Notes under the pieces: model-generated
Told to the model about the DNA's origin: nothing
The model's input: the letters and a program-made list of their open reading frames with translations, nothing else
Databases searched by the model: none
Made by a program: the position numbers and the translations under genes
Source of the DNA: an uncultured Acidobacteriaceae bacterium
GTDB lineage: Bacteria; Acidobacteriota; Terriglobia; Terriglobales; Acidobacteriaceae
Direction: 5' to 3'
DNA length: 64,000 nucleotides
NCBI GenBank assembly: GCA_963742015.1
Contig: CAVUKL010000048.1
Location: 24,971 to 88,970 of the forward strand
Shown here: one piece after another, positions 52,747-63,383 of the stretch
Numbering within the stretch: the first letter of the stretch is position 1
How the letters are laid out: every line of letters begins with the position of its first letter

Positions 52747-53874
52747 ATGAGAACCAGCATCACTTGCGCATTGTTGCTCGCCGGGTGCGCCGGCGGAATC
52801 GGTTTGTGGTCTGCAATCCCGGTTCATGGCGCAAGCGATTCCTCGGCCTTGGGATCGGGCAGCTGGAATCGACAGGCTGCAGCGACTTACCTCGATAGCC
52901 GCGAAATCTGGTGGCAGAGCTGGCCCCGCGCCCAGAAAGATCACGGAACTCTATGCATTTCCTGCCACACGGTGGTTCCATATGCGATGGCCCGCCCGGC
53001 CCTCAGCCACGAGTTAAGCGAAAGCGGCATGTCACCTGCGGAAAAGACGCTGTTCGACAGCGTCGAGAAGCGCGTGAGCATGTGGTCTGAGATGGTTCCT
53101 TTTTATTCCGACGCAAATAATGGCCCCGGCAAGACCGCCCAGGCGCACTCGACGGAAGCCGTGCTCAACGCCGTCGTTTTGGCGAGCTATGATGCGCGCC
53201 AGGGGCGCCTGCGTCCGATCACCCGGACTGCTTTCGACGCAGCCTGGGCCCTGCAACTCAGCTCCGGCGACAGCGCCGGTGGTTGGCTATGGCAGGACTT
53301 TCATCTCGCGCCCTGGGAGTCAAATCAATCTGCTTATCAGGGAGCAGCGCTGTTAGCGGTTCAGGTCGGTAAGGCTCCCGGCGGGTATGCCGATGAGCCA
53401 GAGGTTCAGCCGCATCTGCAACGCCTGCGCGAATACCTGCGACGCCAATATGCGGCACAGCCCTTGATCAATCAGGTCTACGTTTTGTGGGCCAGTTCAG
53501 AGGTTCCCGATCTGCTCAGCACCGACGAACGCAAAACGCTTATTCAGCAGATTGAAAGCCTGCAGCAGAGCGATGGCGGATGGAAGTTGGCATCCCTGAC
53601 CCAGTGGAAACGACTGGATGATTCCGTCGAGCCCTCCGAAAGCGATGGCCTGGCGACCGCCCTCTGTGTATTGGCCTTAGAGCACTCGGGCGCCGCAAGT
53701 AGCAGGGCCACTCTGAAGAGAGGCATCGCATGGCTGGTCCAACATCAAGAAAAAGACGGGGAGTGGCGCTCTGCCTCACCTAACAAACTCCGCGACCCTG
53801 AGAGCAATATTGGGCGTTTCATGAGCGACGCCGCAACCGGATACGCCGTGCTGGCTCTCGAAAATGCTCATTAG
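52747..53874 (+). CDS. Exported prenyltransferase/terpene-cyclase-like alpha-barrel protein with CxxCH
   Basis: Signal-like N-terminus, CISCH, and QW-type repeats QQSDGGW and HQEKDGEW. Confidence 0.6.
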   Translation: MRTSITCALLLAGCAGGIGLWSAIPVHGASDSSALGSGSWNRQAAATYLDSREIWWQSWPRAQKDHGTLCISCHTVVPYAMARPALSHELSESGMSPAEKTLFDSVEKRVSMWSEMVPFYSDANNGPGKTAQAHSTEAVLNAVVLASYDARQGRLRPITRTAFDAAWALQLSSGDSAGGWLWQDFHLAPWESNQSAYQGAALLAVQVGKAPGGYADEPEVQPHLQRLREYLRRQYAAQPLINQVYVLWASSEVPDLLSTDERKTLIQQIESLQQSDGGWKLASLTQWKRLDDSVEPSESDGLATALCVLALEHSGAASSRATLKRGIAWLVQHQEKDGEWRSASPNKLRDPESNIGRFMSDAATGYAVLALENAH

Positions 53875-54025
53875 GCTCGTGGAGAGTCATGCCCTGCGCG
53901 TCTCCCTGTGACCAACGAAAAATCTCCCTCAATGCATCCCAGCGAATAGAGGACTCGCGTGAAGCCGGCGGCTTGAGTCATACTTGTTTCCGGAACTCGA
54001 AAGATTTTTGTCCGGTCGATTAACG

Positions 54026-54068
54026 TGTGACTTCGGTCACGACGAATGCAGCACTCTGCGCGTACCCT
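54026..54068 (+). promoter_or_regulatory. CRP/FNR-family class II promoter of the nuo operon
   Basis: TGTGA-CTTCGG-TCACG, then 21 nt, then -10 TACCCT (site centred near -41.5). Confidence 0.6.
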
Positions 54069-54135
54069 GACTGTGTACCCCTATTTGCGAGAGCGAGCTG
54101 CACTAAAAGCCTCGCCGCAGCAAGGAGTGAGGAAA

Positions 54136-54507
54136 ATGCCGCAGTATCCTTGGTCAACGATCGCCACCTTGCTGGCATGCGGATTGGCCTTCGGAATCAC
54201 TCCGCTGGCGCTCGCCTGGGCCTGGGCGCGCCTTGTCTCCCCGCGCAAGGGAGGCCCGGTCAAGGAGGCCACCTACGAGTGCGGCCTCGAGGCGAAGGGC
54301 GATGCCTGGATCCAGTTTCATTCGTCTTACTACATCTATGCCATCGTTTTCCTGATCTTCGACGTGGAGACGGTTTTTCTTCTGCCCTTCGCGGTAGCGT
54401 TCACCGGGCTCACCGTGGGAGCATGCCTCGCGATGCTGATCTTTCTGCTGTTGCTGTTGGAGGGCCTCGTGTGGGCGTGCGGAAAAGGGGTCTTAAAATG
54501 GGCCTAA
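54136..54507 (+). CDS. nuoA: Complex I subunit A
   Basis: TYECG and FLIFDVE; 3 TMs. Confidence 0.93.
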   Translation: MPQYPWSTIATLLACGLAFGITPLALAWAWARLVSPRKGGPVKEATYECGLEAKGDAWIQFHSSYYIYAIVFLIFDVETVFLLPFAVAFTGLTVGACLAMLIFLLLLLEGLVWACGKGVLKWA

Positions 54508-54532
54508 CGGCAAACTCTGGAGTGAGGGCTCG

Positions 54533-55222
54533 ATGAGTCAGAACCCGCCAGTGAACAACTCCCAAGGTCAGAAACCGGTAGCCCAGACGGATCTCACTGC
54601 CATCAAAAGTGAGTTGAGCAAACACGGCGTCTTCACCACGACCTTTGAAGAGCTCTACAACTGGGGCCGCAAGAACTCGGTCTGGCCCCTGACCTTCGGC
54701 CTCGCATGCTGCGCGATTGAGATGATCGCCACCACCATGGCCCGTTACGACCTGGCGCGCTTTGGGGCGGAGGTCTTCCGGCCATCCCCGAGGCAAGCCG
54801 ACCTGATCATCGTCTCCGGAACCGTGACTAAAAAGATGGCCCCGCTGGTGGTCCGCCTTTACGACCAGATGCCCGAACCAAAGTACGTGATCGCGATGGG
54901 CGCCTGCGCCATCTCCGGAGGGCCATTCCGCGACGGCTACAACGTGCTCAAGGGGATCGACCGCTATATCCCCGTCGATGTACATATCCCTGGCTGCCCA
55001 CCCCGCCCCGAGGCGCTGATCCACGCGTTCATGGCCTTGCAAGAGAAGATCTCTGGTCAGCACATCACCGGCGAGCAACGGCCACGGCACCTCAAAGACG
55101 AGGAGCCCAGCGAATTTAAGATTCCCGAGTATGGCGACCACGACCTGGAGCCGCCGAGCAATCGCGTAGTCTTTGCGGCAAATAATCCGCTGAAGGCCAA
55201 TCCTCTGAAAGTGATTCAATGA
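54533..55222 (+). CDS. nuoB: Complex I subunit B
   Basis: [24 protein letters not shown] and PGCPPRPE. Confidence 0.95.
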   Translation: MSQNPPVNNSQGQKPVAQTDLTAIKSELSKHGVFTTTFEELYNWGRKNSVWPLTFGLACCAIEMIATTMARYDLARFGAEVFRPSPRQADLIIVSGTVTKKMAPLVVRLYDQMPEPKYVIAMGACAISGGPFRDGYNVLKGIDRYIPVDVHIPGCPPRPEALIHAFMALQEKISGQHITGEQRPRHLKDEEPSEFKIPEYGDHDLEPPSNRVVFAANNPLKANPLKVIQ

Positions 55223-55824
55223 CCGTCACTCAAATCACAGTGGAAGAGATCAAAGCGGCGATTGAAGCGGCCATTCCGGGCCGCAGAGTGACAATCGTGA
55301 ACAACGGAAGCCCCTCCGCGCAGCACTCCCTCCTCGTCGACTCCGAATATGGCGTCGATGTAGCGCGGTTCCTGCGCGATGACTCCGAACTCCGGCTCGA
55401 CTTCTGTTCCAACATGACCGCCGTCGACTGGCTGGATTCCGAGCTAACCGAGAAAGTGAAGGTCAACAAGCTCGTCGACGGAGTGGAGCAGGAAGTCGAA
55501 GAAGCTCGGAAGACCAAAGTTCCCGGTTATCTCGAGGCCGTTTACCATTTGTTCTCAATGGAGAAGCAGCACGGGCCGGTGATTCTGCGGCTGCGCACGA
55601 AGAACCGTACCGACCAGGTCCATCTTCCCTCCCTTACACCGATCTGGCGCAGCGCGGAATTTCAGGAGCGCGAAGCCTTCGACCTCTATGGCATCATCTT
55701 CGACGGGCATCCGGACCTGCGTCGCATTCTCATGTGGGACGAATTCACCGACCACCCGATGCGCAAAGACTACGTCCCTCCGGCCGACGATGAGGTCGAG
55801 TTGATGGCAGGTGCAAAGCCATGA
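55219..55824 (+). CDS. nuoC: Complex I subunit C
   Basis: TAVDW and [29 protein letters not shown]. Confidence 0.93.
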   Translation: MTVTQITVEEIKAAIEAAIPGRRVTIVNNGSPSAQHSLLVDSEYGVDVARFLRDDSELRLDFCSNMTAVDWLDSELTEKVKVNKLVDGVEQEVEEARKTKVPGYLEAVYHLFSMEKQHGPVILRLRTKNRTDQVHLPSLTPIWRSAEFQEREAFDLYGIIFDGHPDLRRILMWDEFTDHPMRKDYVPPADDEVELMAGAKP

Positions 55825-56978
55825 GTACCGGGACCCTCGACGAACTGGAACTCGCTAAAGCCGCCCCCGCAGCGCCGCAAAGCGGCATCATGGATATTTC
55901 CATGGGCCCGCATCACCCGTCGACCCACGGCGTCTTTCGCATGGACGTCCAACTCGATGGCGAGCGAGTCGTCCGCCTGAAGCCGGTACTTGGCTACCTG
56001 CACCGCAATCACGAGAAGATCGCCGAACACTGCACCTACCTGGGCTCGATCCCCTATACCGACCGCCTCGATTATCTCTGCTCGATGACCAACAACTGGG
56101 CCTATGCTTTGGCGGTCGAGAAGCTGGCCGGCATCCAGGTGCCGGAGCGCGCCGAATATATTCGCGTGATCGTCGGCGAGTTGACCCGTCTGCAAAACCA
56201 CGCCGGAGTCGTCGGCTTTCTCATTCAGGACATGGGCGCGAGCGGCACACCATTGATGTACGCCTTCCGCGAACGCGAAAAGGTCCTCGATCTCTTCGAA
56301 GCGCTGTCAGGCGCGCGGATGATGTGCAACTACATGCGATTCGGCGGTGTGCGCGTCGACTGCTCCGAGGAGTGGCTCAAAGCGGCGCGGCAGGTCATCT
56401 CCGCATTTCCCCGCTTCCTCGACGAGTTTGAGCAGTTGATCAGCGGCAATGAAATTCTGATGGCGCGGACCCAGGGCGTCGGCGTGCTCTCGCGCGAACT
56501 AGCGATCAATGCCGGTGCGACTGGCGTCATGCTTCGCGCAACCGGCGTGAATTACGACATTCGCAAAGTGGACAACTACGGGGTCTACGGCCGCTTCAAT
56601 TTCCGCGTACCGCTCGGCGAGCACGGCGATGTCTACGATCGCTACATGCTCCGCGTTCTCGAGATGCGCGAATCACTCAAGATTCTCGAGCAGGCGATCG
56701 ACAGCATCCCGCCCGGCCCGATCATGGACCCGAAGACTAAGCTTCGCGGACTGCGCCCCAAACCAGGCGAGGCCTACGGGCGCATCGAGTCGCCCAAAGG
56801 CGAGCTAGGCTTCTATCTCATCAGCAATGGAACCCCCGACCCATACCGGTACCGTGTGCGCCCTCCGAGCTTCATTCATCTCACCGTGCTCGAAGACATG
56901 TGCCTCGGCCGAAACATCGCGGATACAGTCGTGACGCTGGGCAGCATCGACATCGTAATGGGCGAGGTGGACAGATAA
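55821..56978 (+). CDS. nuoD: Complex I subunit D
   Basis: [26 protein letters not shown] and GEVDR; no NiFe CxxC. Confidence 0.95.
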   Translation: MSTGTLDELELAKAAPAAPQSGIMDISMGPHHPSTHGVFRMDVQLDGERVVRLKPVLGYLHRNHEKIAEHCTYLGSIPYTDRLDYLCSMTNNWAYALAVEKLAGIQVPERAEYIRVIVGELTRLQNHAGVVGFLIQDMGASGTPLMYAFREREKVLDLFEALSGARMMCNYMRFGGVRVDCSEEWLKAARQVISAFPRFLDEFEQLISGNEILMARTQGVGVLSRELAINAGATGVMLRATGVNYDIRKVDNYGVYGRFNFRVPLGEHGDVYDRYMLRVLEMRESLKILEQAIDSIPPGPIMDPKTKLRGLRPKPGEAYGRIESPKGELGFYLISNGTPDPYRYRVRPPSFIHLTVLEDMCLGRNIADTVVTLGSIDIVMGEVDR

Positions 56979-56982
56979 CGAT

Positions 56983-57564
56983 ATGTTAGGCGAAGGCATC
57001 ATTCAGGGATTGGCCGAAACGGCGCGCAACTTCTTCGGCAGCTTCATCGAGAAGGGCCGGCTCACCACCGTGCAGTATCCTGAGGAGCGCAGGCAGCTCG
57101 CCGAGGCGACTCGTCAGTACCCGATCCTTCTCTATGACGGAAGCGATGCCGAAGCGGGGCTGCGCTGCGTCGCCTGCCAAATCTGCGAGAAGGAATGCCC
57201 GCCGCGCTGCATCCATATCGAAAAAAGCAAAGACAAGAAGCCGGACTTCGTCGGTAAGCCGCAGTTCTATCCCGCCGTCTTCGATATCGACGTATCGGTA
57301 TGCATGAGCTGCCAGATCTGTGTCGAGGTCTGCCCCTTCGACGCCATTCGCATGGACAACGAGTTTGAGCTCAGCACCACCGACCGCTTCGGCGGCCTCC
57401 TCTGGCCAAAAGAAACGCTCGCGAAGTCCAACGAGTACTACCACTCGATCCATCCCACCGAAGCAGCCGAAACCGACGAGCGTCGCGCCAGGGAGTTGGA
57501 GGAAGCACGGGCAAAGGCCGCCGCAAAGGCCGCGCAACCCGTGGCGTCGGGAGCTTCGCAATGA
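56983..57564 (+). CDS. nuoI: Complex I subunit I
   Basis: TVQYPEE and two [4Fe-4S] motifs, CVACQICEKECP and CMSCQICVEVCP. Confidence 0.92.
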   Translation: MLGEGIIQGLAETARNFFGSFIEKGRLTTVQYPEERRQLAEATRQYPILLYDGSDAEAGLRCVACQICEKECPPRCIHIEKSKDKKPDFVGKPQFYPAVFDIDVSVCMSCQICVEVCPFDAIRMDNEFELSTTDRFGGLLWPKETLAKSNEYYHSIHPTEAAETDERRARELEEARAKAAAKAAQPVASGASQ

Positions 57565-58766
57565 CGCTTGCGGCAGCGGCGCAGTCTGCACACGTGCAAT
57601 TCGCGGATCAGGCCTTCGTCATTCTCAAACACTGGCTCGTCGTCCATTCACCGGCGCTCTTGCAGCCCGCTGTCTCGGTTCTGGCGACTGTCATCCCCAT
57701 CATCGTCATATTCCCGGCTCTCTTCGCCGTCACCACGGTTCTTGAGCGCAAAGGGCTGGCCCGGATCCAGAACCGCTACGGCCCGAACCGCGTTGGCCCA
57801 TTTGGCGTACTGCAGCCGATCGCGGACGCGGTGAAGTCGCTGACCAAGGAAGACATCGTACCCCGGGCCGCGGACAAGCTTGTGCATTTCGCCGCGCCTC
57901 TGGTGCTGGTGTGTGCATCCTTTCTCGCCTATTCAGTACTGCCCATGGGCCGCAATATGGCCGCCGTCGATCTCGACGCCGGGCTCCTGTTTTTCTTCGC
58001 CATCGGCGCGATTCCGGAGCTCGCCATATTCATGGCTGGCTGGTCGAGCCGGAACAAATACTCGATGCTCGGGGCCATGCGCGCCATCGCGCAGATGATC
58101 AGCTACGAGGTGCCGCTGATTCTGTCGTCGATCGCCGTCGTAATGACTGCCGGCACGCTCTCGCTGACGTCGATCGTCGAGAGGCAAGCCCGATATTCCT
58201 GGACTCTACCCCACTGGTACGTAATGACCCCGTGGGGTTTTGCGGGCTTCATCCTCTTCATGATTGCCGCAGCTGCGGAGGTCAACCGCAGCCCCTTCGA
58301 CTTGCCCGAAGGTGAATCGGAGATCATCGGAGGGTATTTCATCGAATACTCGGGCTTCAAGTTCGCGCTCTTCTTCCTTGCCGAATATCTGGAGATGTTT
58401 GCCGTCAGCGGACTGGGCATCACGCTCTTCCTCGGCGGCTGGTCGGCGCCCTTCTCGTTCCTCACCTGGATTCCCTCCTGGATTTGGTTCTTCGCCAAGA
58501 TGGTTGCGTTCATCTGCGGCTTTATCTGGGTGCGCGGCACCGTCCCCCGCCTCCGAATGGACCAGTTGATGAATCTCGCCTGGAAATTAATGCTGCCTAT
58601 GGCGGTTGTCGTGATCCTCGACGCCGGGTTGTGGCGCTTTTTACCCGGCGGAGCCGTACGCTGGCTGGTCTGCGCAGTCGTCGTCGCTGTCCCTTACGTC
58701 CTGCTCGCGCGCGCGTTGGCGGGCAGCAAGGGGATCGCCAGACGAGTCTATCGCTACGCCGATTAA
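57561..58766 (+). CDS. nuoH: Complex I subunit H
   Basis: ERK..Q.R.GPNRVG, QMISYE, NRSPFDLPEGESE and PRLRMDQ. Confidence 0.95.
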   Translation: MTLAAAAQSAHVQFADQAFVILKHWLVVHSPALLQPAVSVLATVIPIIVIFPALFAVTTVLERKGLARIQNRYGPNRVGPFGVLQPIADAVKSLTKEDIVPRAADKLVHFAAPLVLVCASFLAYSVLPMGRNMAAVDLDAGLLFFFAIGAIPELAIFMAGWSSRNKYSMLGAMRAIAQMISYEVPLILSSIAVVMTAGTLSLTSIVERQARYSWTLPHWYVMTPWGFAGFILFMIAAAAEVNRSPFDLPEGESEIIGGYFIEYSGFKFALFFLAEYLEMFAVSGLGITLFLGGWSAPFSFLTWIPSWIWFFAKMVAFICGFIWVRGTVPRLRMDQLMNLAWKLMLPMAVVVILDAGLWRFLPGGAVRWLVCAVVVAVPYVLLARALAGSKGIARRVYRYAD

Positions 58767-58780
58767 GTTTGTCGCGCGGC

Positions 58781-58823
58781 TGTGATTTCGGACACACCGC
58801 GAGAGTTTCCGAGAGGTTAGGAT
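58781..58823 (+). promoter_or_regulatory. Internal CRP/FNR-family class II promoter before nuoJ
   Basis: TGTGA-TTTCGG-ACACA, then 21 nt, then -10 TAGGAT; same geometry as the nuoA site. Confidence 0.5.
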
Positions 58824-58917
58824 ACTAGGGACGAAAGAGTCGGGAAGCGAGGGGTAGCGAATTCGCGGGCGGGTTAAGCTCGCGTCAATCTGCCCAGGGA
58901 AATCCCAGACCAAACCG

Positions 58918-59430
58918 ATGACTGTCCTCATCATGATTCTCGCCGCAGTGACGCTGAGTGGCGCCGTCGCCGCGATGACGTTGCGAAAGCTCGTTCACTG
59001 CGCCCTCGCGCTCACCATCGCCTTTGCCGGGCTCGCGACGCTTTACCTTAGCCTCGATGCGCAGTTCGCCGGCCTCGCGCAGTTGCTCATCTATGTGGGA
59101 GCCATCGCTATTCTGATCGTCTTCGCAATCCTGTTGACGCCGAGTTCCTCGGACGCAGGAATCGAGTCTCGAACCAATATCTCGCCGTCCGGCTTGGTAG
59201 GTATCGTGCTGGCCCTGGGAGTCTTCGCGATCCTGGCCTGGTCGGTTAGCCATAGCAGCCTCAGGCGCTCCACGATCGTTGTGTCGACTCCGGCAGCCAC
59301 TATGCAGCAGATCGGCGATGCCCTGATGCACCGCTACGCTTTGCCCCTTGAAGTCATCGGGCTCATGCTCACCGCCGCTCTGATCGGCGCCGTTATCCTT
59401 GCGATGAAGGAGAGTCAGGCGCCCCGGTGA
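58918..59430 (+). CDS. nuoJ: Complex I subunit J
   Basis: QLLIYVGAIAIL and YALPLEVIGLMLTAALIGA. Confidence 0.92.
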   Translation: MTVLIMILAAVTLSGAVAAMTLRKLVHCALALTIAFAGLATLYLSLDAQFAGLAQLLIYVGAIAILIVFAILLTPSSSDAGIESRTNISPSGLVGIVLALGVFAILAWSVSHSSLRRSTIVVSTPAATMQQIGDALMHRYALPLEVIGLMLTAALIGAVILAMKESQAPR

Positions 59431-59738
59431 ATCCGCTGACCGCTTATCTTCTGGTTTCTTCTCTGCTTTTCTCGGTTGGCCTCGCGGGAGCGTTGACCCG
59501 CCGCAGCGCCATCCTCGTGCTCGCCGGCGTGGAACTGATGCTCAATGCCGCGAACCTCAACTTCCTCGCCTTCTGGCGCTTTGGTTCACATCCCGAAGCG
59601 CTGACCGGCTTTCTCTTCGTCATCTTCTCGATCGCGGTGGCCGCCGCCGAAGCCGCTGTTGGACTCGCGCTGATCCTGGCCATCTACCGCCACTCCAAAA
59701 CCTCAGACGTGAGCGAAATTGTGGAGATGAAGGGCTAG
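59427..59738 (+). CDS. nuoK: Complex I subunit K
   Basis: VELMLNA and VAAAEAAVGLA. Confidence 0.95.
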   Translation: MNPLTAYLLVSSLLFSVGLAGALTRRSAILVLAGVELMLNAANLNFLAFWRFGSHPEALTGFLFVIFSIAVAAAEAAVGLALILAIYRHSKTSDVSEIVEMKG

Positions 59739-59741
59739 CCG

Positions 59742-61833
59742 ATGGCGTTCATTGTGCACTCACTCTGGCTCATCCCCATACTCCCCGCGCTCGCGGCAGC
59801 CATCAGTGCGCTCCTGAAGCAGAGCCAGCGTCGCCTCTCTGCGGCTCTTGCCATTGGCTCGATGGGAATTTCGCTGGCGCTGTCTCTCTGCGCCCTGGCC
59901 GAGAGCCTGGCGAATCCGGCCCGACAGGTGGTGAACTTCCGCTGGATGCAATTCGGCTCCCAATGGATCAGCCTCGGCTGGGCGCTCGATCCCCTCGCCG
60001 CAATCATGCTGGTGATGATCGCCTTCGTCGGGCTGCTGATTTTCATCTACAGCCTCGGCTACATGGCGCACGATGCGAACTCCACGCGCTTTTTCTGCTT
60101 CCTGTCGCTCTTTGCCGGGGCAATGTTCGGCGTGGTCATCGCCAACAGCCTGCTGCTCCTCTTCATGTGCTGGGAGGTCGTGGGCCTCACCTCGTATCTG
60201 CTCATCGGATTCTGGTATCACCGCCCTGCGGCTGCGGCTGCGGCGAAAAAAGCCTTCATTACCACCCGCATCGGCGACCTCGGCCTGCTGCTCGGCATGG
60301 TTTGGCTCTACTCGAAGACAGGAACACTGCTCTTCTATGACAATGGCGCGGGCTGTCTTGAGCACGGTGCACTAAACTCCCTGCTCGGCGCCGCTGCCGT
60401 TGCTGGGCATGCCCGTCTTCACCGCTATTGCCCTGCTCATCTTCAGCGGAGCCGTCGGCAAGTCAGGCCAATTGCCGCTGCACGTCTGGCTCCCCGACGC
60501 GATGGAAGGCCCAACCCCCGTCAGCGCGCTCATCCACGCCGCCACCATGGTCGCGGCTGGTGTGTATCTCGTCGCGCGAGTCTATCCGCTGATGGCGCTT
60601 TCGCCAGGAGGCATCTCGATTGCGCTCCAGGTCGTCGCGTGGACCGGAGCCATCACCGCCGTCTTCGCCGCCAGCATCGCCGTCGCGCAAAACGACATCA
60701 AGCGCATCCTCGCCTATTCGACCATCTCGCAGCTTGGCTACATGATGCTGGGCCTTGGAGTAGGCGGCGTTGCGGTGGGAATCTTTCATCTGATCACACA
60801 CGCCTTCTTCAAGGCGCTGCTCTTTCTCGGCGCCGGATCGGTGATTCACGGCTGCACCGAGGAGCAGGACATCCGCTACCTGGGCGGTCTGCGCCGCTTC
60901 ATGCCCATCACCTTCGCGACCTACGCAGCGGGAACACTCGCCCTGTGCGGATTCCCTCTGCTCTTCTCCGGTTTCTGGAGCAAAGACGCAATCGTGCACG
61001 CCGCGCATGACTGGAGTGTCTCCCAGGTGCCGTTCTACCTCGGAGTCCTCGGCGCGCTATTGACCGCCTTCTACATGACCCGGCAGGTCTGCTACGTCTT
61101 CTTCGGAAATCGGCGTGACCAGGTGCCCGTCGAATCGCCTCGCGCCCCCGAAGAGTTCTGCATCATCCCCGATCCCCACGAGAGCCCGTCAACGATGACG
61201 GCTCCGCTCGGGATACTGGCCGTCTTCGCCGTCGTACTGGGATTCATCAATACGCCAGCGTGGCCGTGGTTTACCTCATTCCTGGAGTCCAGCACGGCTG
61301 TCTCAACAAATACCGCCTCGAACCCCACCGTAGATTTTGCCCGCTTCGCCGAAGCCGGCTTGCTACCTCTGATGTTGCTGTCGTCGCTAATTGTCCTGGC
61401 GGGACTCGGGCTAGGCTGGTGGTTCTACGGACGCAAACCGATCACCCGCGCCACCGACCCGGATGCGCTGGAACGGCTGTCCCCACCGATCTTTCGCATA
61501 CTCCAGCATCGGTTCTATGTCGATGAGCTATATGAGTGGACCGTCATCCTCGCCGCGCGCCGCGCCGCAGATTTCTCGGCCTGGCTGGACCGTCGGATCT
61601 GGAACGGTGCGGTCCAGGCAGTGCGTCTGCTGGTGACCGGACTTGGCAGAGTGGACGCTTCCCTCGACACGCATGCCGTGAACGCAGGCTTCGATGAAGG
61701 CTGCCGCGCCGTTGGCGAAGGCGGCCATCTCTTCTCGCGCTTTCAAGATGGGCGCGTACAGAATTATCTTCGCGTGATCGCCGCCGCCTTGGTGGTGCTT
61801 GCGGCATTGCTGCTCTGGCGGAGCGCCGCATGA
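59742..61833 (+). CDS. nuoL: Complex I subunit L with an extended amphipathic helix (probable +1 error near 60388)
   Basis: WEVVGLTSYLLIGF, TRIGD, WLPDAMEGPTPVSALIHAATMV and HAFFKALLF; the two frames join by removing one base. Confidence 0.92.
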
Positions 61834-63383
61834 GCGGAATCGCCCCGGGAGAATTTCCCTGGATCACGGTGCTTACGTTTCTACCGCTTGCCGGTGCAAT
61901 GGCAGTATTTTTGCTCGGCCCTCGGCTGCCAGGCTTCGCCCGCGCTCTAGCGGTCGGCGTCGCGACCGCTGCCCTTGTCATGACGCTGGTCCTCTGGCAT
62001 CGATTCGACCCAAACCTGCCAATTTTTCAGTTTCAGGAGTCGCACGCGTGGGCTCCTTCGCTGGGAATGACCTACCACGTCGCCATCGACGGGCTAAGCC
62101 TGCTGATGCTGGTTCTCTCGGCGATTGTCGTGCTGATGTCCCTCGCCGCCTCATGGGCAAATCCGCGCCAGGGCGCTGTCTACTTTGCCCTGGTGCTTTT
62201 GCTGGAAGCGGGCCTCTTCGGCACCTTCACCGCGCTGAACTTCGTCCACTGGTTTCTCTTCTGGGAGTTGAGCCTGATCCCCGCCTTCTTCCTGGTGAGG
62301 CTGTGGGGCGGCAACGACAGCGCGCGCGCCTCGACCCAGTTCTTTCTCTACACCATGGTCGGCAGCGTGGCGCTGCTACTCGCCTTCTTGGCGATCTTTC
62401 TCGTGACGGGTAACTTCGACTTTATCGAACTCGGCGGCCTCGCCCGCAGCGGCCAGCTTTCGGCCATGTTCGCGCAGCACCTTGGCCAGAACGGCGCGAT
62501 GTTACTCTTCTGGGCGGCCTTCCTTGGCTTTGCCGTCAAAACGCCTGTTGTTCCATTCCACACCTGGCTGCCATCCACCTATGCCGAAGCTTCCAGCGAG
62601 ACGACGATGCTCCTTACCGGGGCGATGTCAAAGATGGGCATCTACGGATTTCTGCGCATCCTGCTGCCCATCTTCCCGGAACAGATGCATCGCGCGCTGA
62701 CGCCACTGCTCTGGCTGGCCGTCGCCTCCATCGTGCTGCCGGCATTCGCCGCCTGGGCGCAGAGCGATCTCAAAAGAATCTTCGCGTACTCCTCGATCAA
62801 TCACCTCGGCTATTGCGTCCTAGGCGTATGCGTAGCTGCGAAGATGACCGGAGTCGACGCCAGCCTGGCGAACGAAAAAGCCGCGGCTCTCACTGGCGTC
62901 CTGCTCCAGATCTTCAGCCACGGCCTCACCGCGGCGGCCTTGTTCTGGTTCATCGCCTTGCTCGAGCGCCGCACCGGCGGACTTCGCGGCCTGAACGATT
63001 TCGGCGGTCTGCGCAAAGCGGTGCCCGTCTTTACCGGACTCATGGGGATTGCCATCTTCTGCTCCCTGGGCCTGCCCGGACTGAGCGGATTTCCCGGTGA
63101 GTTTCTCATCCTCAAAGGGGCATTCCCGCTTGCCCCGTGGGCGACATCAATTTCTCTCCTCGGATTGCTGATCACGGCGGTCTTTCTGCTTACCGTCATT
63201 CAAAAGGTTTTCTCAGGGCCGCTCAGTAACCGCTGGGCCGCGATGCCCGACCTGACTTCTGCCGAACTGCTCGCGCTCACTCCCGCCATCGCTTTGATGT
63301 TTCTTCTCGGACTCTATCCCCAACTCATCGCCGGCCCGATCCACGCAACGGTGATGCAGTGGGCCAGACAGGTGGGGTTCTGA
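61830..63383 (+). CDS. nuoM: Complex I subunit M (copy 1)
   Basis: IDGLS, FWELSLIP, VKTPVVPFHTWLP, KMGIYG, YSSINHLG and LGLPGLSGFPGE. Confidence 0.92.
   Translation: MSGIAPGEFPWITVLTFLPLAGAMAVFLLGPRLPGFARALAVGVATAALVMTLVLWHRFDPNLPIFQFQESHAWAPSLGMTYHVAIDGLSLLMLVLSAIVVLMSLAASWANPRQGAVYFALVLLLEAGLFGTFTALNFVHWFLFWELSLIPAFFLVRLWGGNDSARASTQFFLYTMVGSVALLLAFLAIFLVTGNFDFIELGGLARSGQLSAMFAQHLGQNGAMLLFWAAFLGFAVKTPVVPFHTWLPSTYAEASSETTMLLTGAMSKMGIYGFLRILLPIFPEQMHRALTPLLWLAVASIVLPAFAAWAQSDLKRIFAYSSINHLGYCVLGVCVAAKMTGVDASLANEKAAALTGVLLQIFSHGLTAAALFWFIALLERRTGGLRGLNDFGGLRKAVPVFTGLMGIAIFCSLGLPGLSGFPGEFLILKGAFPLAPWATSISLLGLLITAVFLLTVIQKVFSGPLSNRWAAMPDLTSAELLALTPAIALMFLLGLYPQLIAGPIHATVMQWARQVGF

Noticed and set aside
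51895-52944. 349-aa antisense ORF (FFAGAF repeats) and other long shadow ORFs such as 44159..45823 and 3461..4660
   Set aside because: Mirror images of real genes in GC-rich DNA with no recognisable motifs.
55821-56978. NuoD as a group 4 hydrogenase large subunit
   Set aside because: It lacks both Ni-binding CxxC motifs, has the quinone-site His/Tyr, and NuoB has the tandem CC.
58868-58878. 11-mer GGCGGGTTAAG shared with the nikR-downstream structure (14446-14456, minus strand)
   Set aside because: A single short match in different structural contexts; compatible with chance.
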